A DNA stretch of 64,000 nucleotides, from the NCBI GenBank assembly GCA_035084275.1, contig CM068754.1, positions 4,030,001 through 4,094,000 of the forward strand, written 5' to 3'. This document shows, in pieces, positions 37,435 through 49,702 of this stretch. This DNA is from Hydrolagus colliei. Lineage: Eukaryota. How positions within the stretch are numbered: the first letter of the stretch is position 1; each line of letters starts with the position of its first letter. A model generated the notes under the pieces. It saw only the letters and a list, made by a program, of their open reading frames with translations, did no database searches and was not told the DNA's origin. A program made the translations under genes and the position numbers.

Positions 37435-37578
37435 CTGCAGCAATGTTATTCCGTTTCCTTTTCTTGTTTGATTCGTTGTTGCCTTCAATAGAACATTCAG
37501 TTATCAGTGGGCCATTTGTGTTTCCAAACTGCAGTGGTTCATTGTTGTTTGCAGGATCAAAGCCCAATTGGTTAAGTC
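37435..37578 (-). CDS. ENOX2: Probable upstream ENOX2 exon, 144 nt, phase 1-1 (GLNQLGFDPANNNEPLQFGNTNGPLITECSIEGNNESNKKRKRNNIAA)
   Basis: Strong acceptor ctctttctgccactttatttttgcag| and donor GCAG|gtaagg. Non-repetitive and stop-free in the frame that joins exon 11845-11976 (…IAA-D-GIRS, recalling ENOX1 AAAA-D-GLGS). Coding versus UTR status is not proven. Confidence 0.8.
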
Positions 37579-38277
37579 CTGCAAAAATAAAGTGGCAGAA
37601 AGAGAACAATCAACATTTGGTAAAATGGAGGAAATTTGTAAAGAACTGAGGGAACTAAAAATGTATACCCGTCAACTTTGTGTAAATGCAGCAGTCCACA
37701 GTGGGCATTACTTGGAGCTTGAGAAAAACAAATTCAATGCTTTTCTGGCAACCTCCAAAGCCAGATAAATTAAGATTTCTTTTTAGCCTGATAGAACAGA
37801 TTGCATTCATGCAATTTTAACACAAGAATATCCGCAATTTTCATTACAGCAGTTTTCGAACATTCAATACACCTCCGAAGACATCACTGCAGCCTCAGTG
37901 CAACTGAAACGATACAATGCTCTGCTCAAAATGTGACCAAATCACAGCACAAATAAAACTGGGCTATGAAACGGCAAATGTAAACAACTGCAGACCAAAT
38001 CAGTACAATATCTATCAGTCCCTCCCCTCCAACAATGGGGGCAGTAAGCTGGTCTCCTCGCTGGTAGAATTCAGGGTTGTAGTGTGTGGAGCCAGGGTTT
38101 GGCTGTGGAGGAAAGTGTTGACACAGAACCCGGGCATTGGGAGAAATGCTGTCAAGGAGCGTGGCTGACGGTGGGAATCGGTCCCACCAGAACTGCTGTG
38201 AGGCTAGCAACCAGCGTCTCCCCTAGTGTATGCCTGCATTTCACCAGGGAGGCATTCCTCAGTTTGAGAATCTCGGT

Positions 38278-38598
38278 TTGGAGCCCTGTAGCTCAGTGGT
38301 TAGAGCACTTGCCTTACAAGCGTGAGACTTGTGTTCAAATCAAGGCAGGACGAAACCTTGGGCAAGTTTCTTTACTCAACACGCCTAATAATAATCCATC
38401 AACAAAAACCAATACAGTAATAAAAAAAAGTGGCCATTTCAATCCATTGTTTGTGGGACACTGCTGTGTGCACTTGGCTGCCACATTTCGCCCACAAATA
38501 TACAGTCAATTCACTTTACAGTAAACTCTGTGAAGCGCTTTGAGACGTCTAGAAGACGTGGAAAGCGCTATATCAAATGCAAGCATTATTATATTATC
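38278..38598 (+). mobile_element. Deu-domain tRNA-SINE
   Basis: Full head (tagctcagtggttagagc...gttcaaatc), core and tail. Confidence 0.9.
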
Positions 38599-40819
38599 AG
38601 TTCTGTTCCAAAATAATCATGCTCCAAGCATCAGAAAATTGCACTTTTTTTCACGACTGAAATATCTCCACCGATAGCTGATGGATTGTGATTGATGTCA
38701 GGGCCCGGGGAAGTCATTCCGACGTGAAGGGAGCTATACAAGTGTAATTTGTTGTTGTTGCAAACCAGGAACTGACCTTCAATTCCTTCAGAGAAAACGA
38801 TTTATACAAAGCAAGCTGCTTCCACTGCAGCCAAAGTTTCTGCATGAATTTACATAAATTAGCATTTAAAACATTTATTGCAACACTGATACTGAACATT
38901 GATGCCACAAATTGTATGTAATTAACATATAAAATATATTTTAAGTAGGCAGCAAACATTCTCAATCCAAAGAAATCATAAAATGGAAGGGATATAACAT
39001 TAAGACTCCCTTTGCATATGCCTAAATATAAATCAATATAATACAAAATCTAAATCATTTTACAATGTATTGTGTGAAGCGCTTTGAGCTATCTCAATGA
39101 CATGATACGGCACAATATCAAATACAAGATTTTTAAAATTCTAATAAACACATTTTCTCAACTCCACATTCTGTTCTTGTAACATCTTGGTTCTGGAAAC
39201 AACAACTTGCATTTACCTAATGTGTTTCATGCAGGATAGTATCCAAGAGGGAGTGACAGTGGCTGAGCACGACTCTGAGTTTTTTTATTCCTACAATAGC
39301 ATCAATCAGTTTCTTGAGGAGTGGGAGGGCAGCAAAATATGCATATTGTGATTTAGCAGAAAATAGCTAGCAAGAAGCATTGCCCATCACCCTTACTCAT
39401 TGTTCAAAGAATGTATTACAGTATATAGGAATGGCTTATTCTTCAGTAGTAACTGTCCACAGGTCGGGGAGGCGGTGATTTTATTTTTCTCTGTAAGCAT
39501 GTTCATCACGTCACATTTAAATTAAGGATTAAATCATTCCAGTATTCTTGCTTGCTCCCCAGCTTGGCCCTTCAAGAAACATCAACTCATCCAGGGTTCT
39601 GAATCAGTTTTTTGCCCCATATAAGATAGCACAATACCAGCTTTGCCAACCTCCACTGGTCCCCTGACTGACAGTGGGTCAAGATCTTCTAGCTTAGAAA
39701 GCTCCTCACAACCTTTTTATAACCCTATCCATTAAATAGGGTTAATGGATTCCAGTTTAACTTAGTTTTTACAATTTACTGTCCATGCCATCCACCCCAT
39801 CACCCCCCTCTCCCACTCCATCCCCACTACCCCCTGTCAGCCACCATCAGGAATCAGATAGAACTAACTTTCTTACTAAATCATTTTGTGTTTTCTACCT
39901 CATTCTCAGCTTTTATCATCTTTTCCTTCCCCTGTGCCTTTGGTCACCTCTAATTAACATCCACTTCTTACTCAATGTCCAAAGCACCCATTAAGCGCAC
40001 TGAGATGTTCTTTTCATGGCGTTATACAAATACAAGTTGTGTTTGCATAAATCGGCAGTTAAAAGGCTTCTTTCTCTGTGGAGCTCAGGAGACAGCTTTT
40101 GATTGATTGCTGGTTTCTTGTGCAGATGTATGCTGCACCGCACATCAATCAGTCTCAGACTGAGGGGGCAGGAAGTCAGGAGGTCTGCTCACAGGTCTCA
40201 TTTGATCCAATGCATAGATAGCCTACAATGGCTCTAACTCAAATTCTTCCATCTTCTCTCCATCTCTTACTTCTGATTTCCCAACAATGGCTTGAAATAG
40301 ATTTACTGCTAAAAAAACAAATGCTCATTATGGACAGAGAATGGGAAACACTTGCACCAATTGCGCACAGCAGCACACTGTGTACATTTAGAACATTTTA
40401 GTTTTAAATTTCTAGCATCTAGTTTAAAACACACTCTGAAGGACTGAACAATATGATGGGTTATTAAACACAATTTCTGAACCCTGGGCTATTTATGACA
40501 CAGCCCCTGTTAATACAATGAACGATTCTCCTTTCTATTTAGCCTTAACAACCTGATATCAGAAGAGTTTGCGAAATCACAAAACAGAGATGTCATATGC
40601 CTACCACAAGACTACAACTGGCGATCTCACCATTCTATCTGATATGAAGTTAGCACACTTCAGAACAGTGCATATATATATGGGTACTTCAAATTAAGTT
40701 TTAATTTGTTTCTTGTGCGATGATAAACCCTGCTGTAAAAAGCTTCCTGATTTATGTAGAAGGCCATCACCTGAAACTATATTTTAACAGTACTGCTTGT
40801 AGAAACCGTAAATATTTAC

Positions 40820-41035
40820 CACACAGGTCAATACCCGTTGTGTCTGTGCTGGCTCTTTTTTTAAAAAAAAAACCCTTCAGTACCATTTCCTGCCCTTTAC
40901 CCCAAACCGTTTCCTCATTACTTTTTATATATCTATCCAGTTCCCTTTTGAATGCTAACATTCCCCTGAATTTTCCATATGTTTGTTTGACAACCATCTG
41001 AAATTGATGCTCTCCAGTCACTGACTCACCAACCA
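40820..41035 (-). mobile_element. Degraded CR1 3' fragment
   Basis: Peptide remnants VGESVT and FKRELDRYI, similar to the young CR1 C-terminus. Confidence 0.65.
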
Positions 41036-41343
41036 TGATTTGGGGTTGTAGTCTGGCTCTTCTGTCTTGTAAAACAGTTCACATTTGTACGTATAAATAA
41101 TGTGTCCACTTCTGAAAAATGAATAATTTACAAGACACTTGTAAATGTGTGTTTAGTTTTATGCGTTAAGGAGCATACTGAAAACCTTTCATTACGAACG
41201 TGCTTACGGCCACCTCCTCCACCCCACACCCCGGCTCGGAGACAAGCTCTGACACTGTTAAGTGCTCTGAGTCGCCACCCGCCATGGAGAGCTCTATGTT
41301 GTTGTTATTGTTGTTATTGTTGTTGAAGGACAGCACCTCCAAC

Positions 41344-42577
41344 TAGGGAACGGCGATATGGGAATTTCCCGATATGGATATATCGGTTGGCTCATATCGA
41401 CATATACCGATCTATCGATATTTTCGGGTTTTTCGTACCGCACATGCGCCCGCGCGCATTCGGGGCCTATCTTCTCAGGAGGTAAATATCTTTCTCTCTC
41501 TGTGTCTCTCACTCTCTCCATGTCTCTCACTCTCTCCATCTCTGTGTTTTTCTGTCTGTGTGTCTGTGTGTCTCTCTCCTTCTCTCCTCTCTCACATCCC
41601 CCCCCATCTCTATCTATCTGTATATTATCACATCCACCCCGTCTCTCTCCCCCCCCCCCCCCCCCCGCCCCTCTCTCGCAACCCCCACCCCCGTCGTCTC
41701 TCTCCACCCCCCCAGCCGTCTCTCTACCCCTCAACACCCCCCCAGCCGACTCTCTCCTCCTCAACCCCCCCCCCCCAGCCGTCTCTCTCCCCCTCACCCC
41801 CCCCCCCAGCCGTCTCTCTCCCCCTCTCCCCCCCCCAGCCGTCTCTTTCTCCCTCCCCCCCCAGCCGTCTCTCTCACACCCCCAGCCGTCTTTCTCCCCC
41901 CAGCTGTCTCTCTCCCCCTCCCCCCAGCCGTCTCTCTCTCCCTCTCCTCCCCGCCCCCAGCCGTCTCTCTCTCCCTCTCCTCCCCCCCCCCAGCCGTCTC
42001 TCTCCCCCTCTCCTCCCCCCCCCAGCCGTCTCTCTCCCCCTCTCCACCCCCCCAGCCGTCTCTCTACCCCTCAACCCCCCCCCCAGCCGTCTCTCTCCCC
42101 CTTACCCCCGCCCCAGCCGTCTCTCTCCCCCTCTCCCCCCCCCAGCCGCCTCTCTCCCCCTCACCCCCCCCCCCAGCCTTCTCTCTCCTCCTCTCCTCCC
42201 CCCAGCCGTCTATCTCCCCCTCACCCCCCACCCAGCAGTCTCTCTCACCCTCACCCCCCCCCCCCCCCCAGCCGTCTGTCTCCCCCTCACCCCCCACCCC
42301 CAGTCGTCTCTCCCCCCCCCACCCCACCAGCCCTTGCATACCTGTATATTGTATTCGAGGACTGTGAATACAATATGGCGGCTTTGCACCTCGGTCTGTG
42401 CATTGTGTATAGAGATGAGCATTCTGGGTATTGGAGTTCAGTGTGCTTGCATCCCGATTTTTTACCTTGATATATCGTTTTTTCGATATATCGATAGTTT
42501 TTAAATGTCTATATCGGCATATCGATATGAAAATTATATCGGGTTTTAGCGATATATCAATATATCGCCGTTCCCTA
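41344..42577 (+). mobile_element. Non-autonomous hAT element (copy 2) with expanded minisatellite
   Basis: Perfect TIRs TAGGGAACGGCGATAT / ATATCGCCGTTCCCTA. 8-bp TSD CCTCCAAC (41336-41343, 42578-42585). Confidence 0.93.
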
Positions 42578-43094
42578 CCTCCAACAGTCTAACACGCATT
42601 ATAGCACTGCACAGGACTGTTCATGTAGATCATGAGGTAGATATTATACAAAGTCTGATACACCAACGTGGAAGCACTTGACAGTCCAGCATCTCTTTTC
42701 ACATACTGGATGTGCCTTTTCCTTCACATCATGAGTATCTGCACTATGCAATATAGTGAGGGGGTTAAGGAAGGTGGTGGGCCCATCAAGACCATATCAG
42801 CAGAGCAATTAGGATGCAAATAGACATTTTAGTTTGCTTACTTTACTGTACAACAGAAGAATAATGAATTTGGGCATGAAAATATGGGTAAAAAAATGAA
42901 GACAAGCAAAATTTGTTTTAACCAAAGTTGTGTTCCAAAAAGGCTACTGAAGCAGATGTAAAATGACTCAAGCGGCAACTAATGTACCCGTACTTTGTAA
43001 AAGGGAAATAGCTGAATGATATGATGAGAAAGCAGGAGAGAAAGAGAGAAAGTGTGCATCAACAACAAAACGATGGAATTTGAGGGAGTGACAC

Positions 43095-43800
43095 ACAGAG
43101 CAGGCCGGAGCCTGCTGAATGGAAGAAGCGGACAGGTTGATAGGGTCAGCAGGTCAGAGAGGTAGGAGGGGGCAAGGCCATGGAGGGCCTTGAAAGTGAG
43201 GACGAGGATCTTGAATTCTATCCTAAGAGGTATGGGGAGCCAATGGATCCGGGTGAGGGTGGGGGTGATGGGGTCACAGAGCCTAGGGAGGGAGAAGTCA
43301 TGAGCTGCAGAGTTTTGGATGATCTGCAGCTTGTGAAGGGAAGACTTGGGGAGGCCAAAAGGAGGGAGTCAAGCCTTGAGGTAACAACCACGCTGTGAGA
43401 GTTTCTGCAGCCTAAGGGGTGAGGCAGTGGCAGTCAGGCAATGTTGGCGGAGGTGGTGGAAGGCGGTACTGGTCATGGCACAGGTAAAGGGGAGAAAGGA
43501 CAAGACAAGATGACTTAGACAAGACATTCAAGTTCCTAACTGGCTTGGTGAGGTGGAGTGTGCATCTGTGGATGCTGGCGCTGCCAGTGCCTGAGGAGTG
43601 GAGGTCAATCAGGAGGTCCTCGGTCTTGCTGACATTCAGCTTTAGAAAATTGTCTCTCATCTAGGACTTGATGTCTTGACAGGCAGAGACAGGGTGTCAG
43701 TAGTCCTGGAGTTGAGGGTGGAGGCAGAGAGATAGAGCAGGGTGCCATCCATGTATATATGGAAATTTATCCTAAGTCTGCAGATCATGTCATCTAGAGG
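43095..43800 (-). mobile_element. Degraded L2 RT fragment
   Basis: MRDNFLKLNVSKTEDLLI...[10 protein letters not shown] remnant and the downstream [19 protein letters not shown] region. Confidence 0.8.
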
Positions 43801-45660
43801 TTGAAGCTAAATGATATCAGAAAACACACTCTAGACCATGAATGCTCATGTTTACCAGAGGATGAAATAAACTGGCCACCCCATTACTATTGTTAATAGA
43901 ATTTCATTCACATTCATGCATCTTACTGCTGAAATGAGAAATACATTAGAGGATAAGAAAGCAAACAAAAGGGGATGAATGCGAATCCCGATGTTCGCAA
44001 GCAACCTCATTAAAAACCACTTATAGTTCATCGGGTTTGGCTCTAATTCATGGTTGGGAAGAATTGTAGAAGATTTTACTTCAAAGTGACATCCCAGTGC
44101 AATAATGTTTACTATTTATACAAGGCATTTTGATATGGTACAAATTCAAACATCCAGCTGCAATATAAATGGGTGCAGAGTGCACTTTCACTATAAACAC
44201 AGTAAAATGCCAGCCTAGTTCAAGGAAATCAGCACTATTATGAAGATGACTTGATTTGAGTTTTAATCAATACCCTTGAAACAGATTGAATCTTGAATGA
44301 CAAAGTACTCAATCTGTAAAAAATTCAACATTATAATAGGTAACTGGAAAGCTCCCCCAGGTAGCAATTTCCCAATAGTGTCTCCTGCTGCATTGAAGAC
44401 ACATCCATCTCAATGCCACCTAACATCATTGGCAGCATTGAAAAAATAAAGGTGACTCATGTAATTGTTAACAAGGCTTTACCTCACCATGATGTGCAGC
44501 CTCATTTGTAATATCAATTCAGATAGATTCCGTATAAATTCAGTTAGAACTGGTGAAACTTAATGGAAGTGGTTTATGGCTGTTTTGGGGAATAGTGTGA
44601 CATTATCCCCAGCTGTTCTGAGCGAGAGAGGGCCAGCTAAAAGGTTGCTGCATTTAAAAAAAATGGAATGCCTTACTGTTCAAGTTAAAAAATTGTACCC
44701 AATATAATCCTATTCAGGACTGTTGATTAGATTGAAAGCTGTAACTCGCTCTTAGCTATCCATTTTTGTGTCGATGGGTCACAACATAATTTACCCCGAT
44801 TCAATGCAGCTGGAAAGTGCAGGGTAGGAGAGCAGTGTTATGAGCTAGGAGGCAATTAATAGTACTGCAAATAAATCTAAGTGGTAGTTTTGACAGGAAA
44901 CTGAATGGGAATGTACCATTTAGGTGATTATATGATTTATAAAAATAAGACTTATGGAATTTTCACTGTGTATAGGAATCAGGAGAAGAAATCTTGATTG
45001 CTTTTCTGCCTCTCAAGCCAATTAGTCCTGCTGTCAGTACTAATGAAATAGGTTTAATCAACCCAAGCCCATTGGTGACACCACTGAAGCACATATAGCA
45101 ACAACAATAAATTGTATTTATACAGTGCCTTTCACACTGGGAGGGTATTGATAAGCACTCAAGCTTTCCATTTCTCTCAAGTTGAAGCTTGAATTGAGAA
45201 CCTTGTTAATGCAAGTTAAGGCTAATAAATGTGGCGGATTAAAATGGGCAAATTTCTTAGTTGAAAAAAAAATCTTTCCACATAAGCTAACCAAAAGGCA
45301 TGTCGCCATCTGCTGTGGGTTAAAATAGTTCATTTCATTTTGCCAGGCAAGCAAGCATGCAATTGGCTTCATTAAAAATAATTATATTGTACAATATGAA
45401 TGCATAATACTTGTTGAAAAGTAGACATTGACACAATTATCTTGAGAAATGTTTGCAATAGTGGCAGATTTGCCCTTCCAAACACTTCTCGTGGATCAAT
45501 GAGGTAGATAATTTTTGTTTGCCATTTCCCCCATTGCCATAGCTGAATCCAGGTAATAGCTATGTGGAGTTCAACACAAACACTAAACTTAAACACTTCA
45601 ATGGAAATTGGTGAAGTGATGAATATGGAGGGGATAGAGCAAGTTCCAAGAAGATTGAAA

Positions 45661-48157
45661 CCACACATTCCACCGTGCTCCTTGACCCAACCGTCGTGGC
45701 GGTGGCGTGGACCTCATCTCAAAGTCATCCCTCGCCCTATCCCCCTATTCCTCCGGCTCCTTCCTCTCTTTCAAACAACTCACCCTCTCTCACTCCTCCC
45801 ACAATTCTTTCAAAATCCGATTAGTTTATCGCCCCCCCAAACCCTCCCCCACTTTCATTTCAGACTTTTCTTCACTTTTAACCTCCCTTTGTGCCTCCTC
45901 TGATCGCCTTATTATTCTTGGCGATTTCAACCTCCATTTCACCCCCTTCTGCCCCATTTCCTCTGAATTTTCCTCTTTACTTTCGTCTTTCAACTTCTCC
46001 CTTCATATTAACACTGCCACCCACACTCACGGCCATCCTCTCGATCTAGTGATCACCCGAGGCCTCAACGTCCCTGGCGTCACCATCACAGACAAGGCCA
46101 TTTCCGACCATTTTTTCATTTCCTGCAACACCTCTATCCCTCCCCCCTCCACTTCCAAACCCACCACCATCTTCTACCGGCCCTGGAAGAAGATTCCCCC
46201 TCAAACTTTCACCTCTGCCCTAGAAACCTCCGACCTCTTCCCACAATGGCATTATTTTTGTACCGACCCATCCTCCGCCTCCACCGCCCTCCACAACACC
46301 CTCTCCACTACCCTTGACACCCTGGCCCCCCTTACCTCCCAAACTGTCTCCCATTCCCGATCATCACCGTGGTACACAACTCACCTCCGTTCCCTCAAAA
46401 GCCAAGTGAGAGCAGTTGAACGCACCTGGCTCAAATCTGGCCTCACGGTCCACCGGCAAATCTGGCTGGACCGCATCAAATTTTACCGCTCCGCCCTAGC
46501 CACCGCCAAATCAGCCTTCTACTCCAGGATAATCCTGGAAGCGAAGGACTACCACCGCCTTCTCTTCGCCACCACCAACCAGCTCCTCCGCCCCCCCCGC
46601 CTCACCTCGCAGATCCTCTCCTCAAACGTTCGTTGTGAGGAGATGCTGGATTTCCTCGAGTCCAAAATTGAGAAAATCCGCTCTGCGGTTTCCTCCCCCC
46701 ACCACTCCTCCACCTCCGCGCCCTCATCAGCTACCTCAACACCTACTCACCCCCCATTTCACACTTTCAACCCCACCACCCCGCTTTCAATCACAAAAAC
46801 AATTACCTCCATGAAACCCACCACATGCTCATTGGACCCCATCCCCACCCCCCTCCTCCGCACCCAGCTCCATTTGTTAGCCCCGCTCATTTCTGACACC
46901 ATTAACCTTTCCCTCTCCTCAGGAACCATCCCTACCTCCCTTAAAACAGCCACCATCACCCCTATCCTGAAGAAACCCTCCCTTGATGCGTCGCAACCAT
47001 CAAGTTATCGACCCATCTCCAACCTCCCGTTTCTATCCAAGGTCCTTGAAAGAGTGGTTGCCTCCCAGCTCCGCTCTTTCCTTTCAAATCACTCACTTAT
47101 TGAACCCCTCCAATCAGGTTTCCGACCTATCCACAGCACAGAAACTGCCCTGGTTAAGGTCACAAATGACATCCTAACCGCCTGTGACCAGGGCTCCCTC
47201 TGCCTCCTCGTCCTCCTTGACCTGTCTGCTGCGTTCGACACAGTCGATCACACCATCCTCCTTCAACGTCTTTCCTCCCACCTCAACCTTCAAGGCACAG
47301 TCCTTGACTGGTTCCACTCTTATTTGACCCACCGTTTACATTTTGTTTCTTCCAATGGTTTTTCTTCAAACCCCCGCACAGTTTCCCACGGCGTCCCTCA
47401 GGGCTCTGTCCTCGGTCCCCTCCTTTTCACCCTTTACACGCTCCCTCTGGGCGACGTCATCCGCAGACATGGAGTAAATTTCCACATGTATGCGGATGAC
47501 ACCCAGTTGTACCTTTCTGCCTCATCCCTCAACCCCCAGACGATCGATGTTCTGACAGCATGTCTGTCCGACATCGAGTTGTGGACGAGGGACAACTTTT
47601 TCCAATTGAACGTGAATAAGACCGAGGCCCTCCTGATTGGCTCAAGCCAGTGCCTCCGCACATCGGGCGCTGCCAGCCTCAATATCCAAGGTTGCACTCT
47701 CCACCTCACAAAGCCAATCAGGAACCTCGGCATCATGTTCGATCAAAAACTTTCCTTCCTCCCCCACATCCGCGCCTTGACCGGCACCGCCTATTTCCAT
47801 CTGCGCAACATTGCCAGGCTCCGTAATTATCTTACCCCCCGCGCTGCCGAAACACTCGTGCATGCATACATCACCTCACGGCTGGACTACGGAAATTCTC
47901 TCCTAGTCGGCCTCCCCTGTTCCTCCATTCATAGGCTGCAGGCCATCCAAAACTCTGCAGCCCGTGTACTATCCCGCACCCGCCTCCGCGACCACATAAC
48001 CCCCACCCTCGCCCGTCTCCACTGGCTCCCCATCCTCCAGAGGATCGAGTTCAAGATCCTCGTCCTCACCTACAAGGCCTTACATGGCCTTGCCCCATCC
48101 TACTTAACCGATCTACTCTCCCCCTAAACGCCCACCCGGAACCTCCGTTCAACAGGA
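45661..48157 (+). mobile_element. Young L2 LINE ORF2 (partial APE endonuclease plus reverse transcriptase), 5'-truncated, 3' rearranged
   Basis: 806-aa uninterrupted ORF 45707-48127 with APE motifs (ILGDFN, HPLDLV, ISDH) and RT motifs ([38 protein letters not shown]). It ends at a premature TAA where other copies have TAC or TAT. Confidence 0.96.
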
Positions 48158-48333
48158 ACAGGAATTTTTGGGAGCTGGGAGGGGAGTGTTTGGGAAGGGG
48201 TGAAACACGAAGGGGAGGTAAAAGAAGAGACAAAAATTACATTTATATAGCGCCTTTCACGTCAGGAGGTCATCCCAAGGCACTGCAGAAGAAACTGAGA
48301 TCCAAATCGCAATTAATCTGGAGGTAGGATTAA

Positions 48334-48595
48334 ACAATAACATAATAATTCTTGCATTTGATATAGCGCCTTATCAGTCTTTGAGACATCTCAAAGAGCT
48401 TCACAGAAATACTGTAAAGTGAACTGACTATATATTTTGCCGGTCAAATGCGGGTGCTATTGCACACAGCACTGTCTCACAAACGGCTGTGGAACAAATT
48501 ATTATTATTTACTTTTTTGTGAAGGATAAATACCCCGGGAAAAGATCTACCAATCAACTAACAACTGGTTTTCTACTTACTGCTGGGTAAACAAT
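48334..48595 (-). mobile_element. Deu-domain SINE 3' half (long variant)
   Basis: Reverse complement of the tail, the core and the gtttacccagcagtaagtag segment. Confidence 0.8.
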
Positions 48596-49029
48596 AGGGA
48601 GGTAAGTAAAGAGGAAAATCACAAGCAACCTGCCTGTTCTTGTTTGCACCCTAATCCTGTGGGTCACCACAACTTAATTCTGTTCTTTCACAGTACAATA
48701 TACTGAAATTGCAAAATATATGCAATATAGTGCATTACCATGATGTTTGCAATTTTCATCTGCATCTGCATCAACAGTAAATTAAAACAAAAATAAGCCA
48801 TATAATAGACACGCTCCAAGGATTTTCAAAGGCTTGCCTTTACTTTTTAGTTCATTTGGTATGGAATCATCAACCTCAATGGATTTCATTTGTGCATGTG
48901 GAATTTAAATCTGAATGAACTGCAGTTGTACATTAAGATTAATTGAAAATGCTAAATCTTTCAGATATAATTCATGTTGAACTCTCATACTCTCCACAGT
49001 CGTTCTCAATCTTTTCTGCTTGTGCATAG

Positions 49030-49320
49030 AGCAACAACAAATTACATTTGTATGGCGCCTTTGTCTAGATGATACCCCAAGTGCTGGACAGTCAGGGATA
49101 TGTGTCCGAGCAGGAGGGCTGGAGGACAGGAAGCGTAGGGGAAGGGGGCTGACTAAAGGTGCGGTCGAAGAGGAAGGTTTTAAGACTTGCATTGATGGAC
49201 GCAAGGGAGGGAGCAAAGTGAAGGGATGGTGGAATGGAGGCAGCAGGCCCGGCTGCCAATGATGGGGGCAGGCTAGGTGAGGGAAGTGCACTGGAGCCTG
49301 CTGAGCCAAGGGAGCGGAAA
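49030..49320 (-). mobile_element. Degraded L2 3' end
   Basis: caacaacaaattacatttgtatggcgcc tail and tcgaagaggaaggttttaagac UTR-proximal match. Confidence 0.7.
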
Positions 49321-49702
49321 AGTCGATGTGGTGACTAGAAGATTAAAGTAATGATTTACAGTTATAAAATATATAACAACACGACTGAGAAACAGGTCAA
49401 GCAGTCTTTGCGCTATTTTTGATTCAATTTTGGTTTGGACTATCTCCCTCGCATTACAAAGACTGAGTTAAAACAAAGCACCTGTTGTCTAGCAATGGGA
49501 TTGTAGGATTACCCTATTATCAATGCACATCACATTTTATGTTTGCCTGCATTGGCAGATGTTCCAAGCTTCTTAAGAGGGCTGTAAAGTCAGTGCAATT
49601 TGACATGACATAGCTCAGTGACTGAGCAGAGTTCAAGGAAACCTCGCCAAAGATTAAACATCTAAATTTCAGTTTGACATGTTTTTCAATAACTGGTGTA
49701 GA

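Noticed and set aside
45707-48127. Domesticated or host reverse transcriptase gene
   Set aside because: 5'-truncated within the endonuclease, no ATG start, premature stop, and near-identical broken copies elsewhere in the window. An ordinary young L2.
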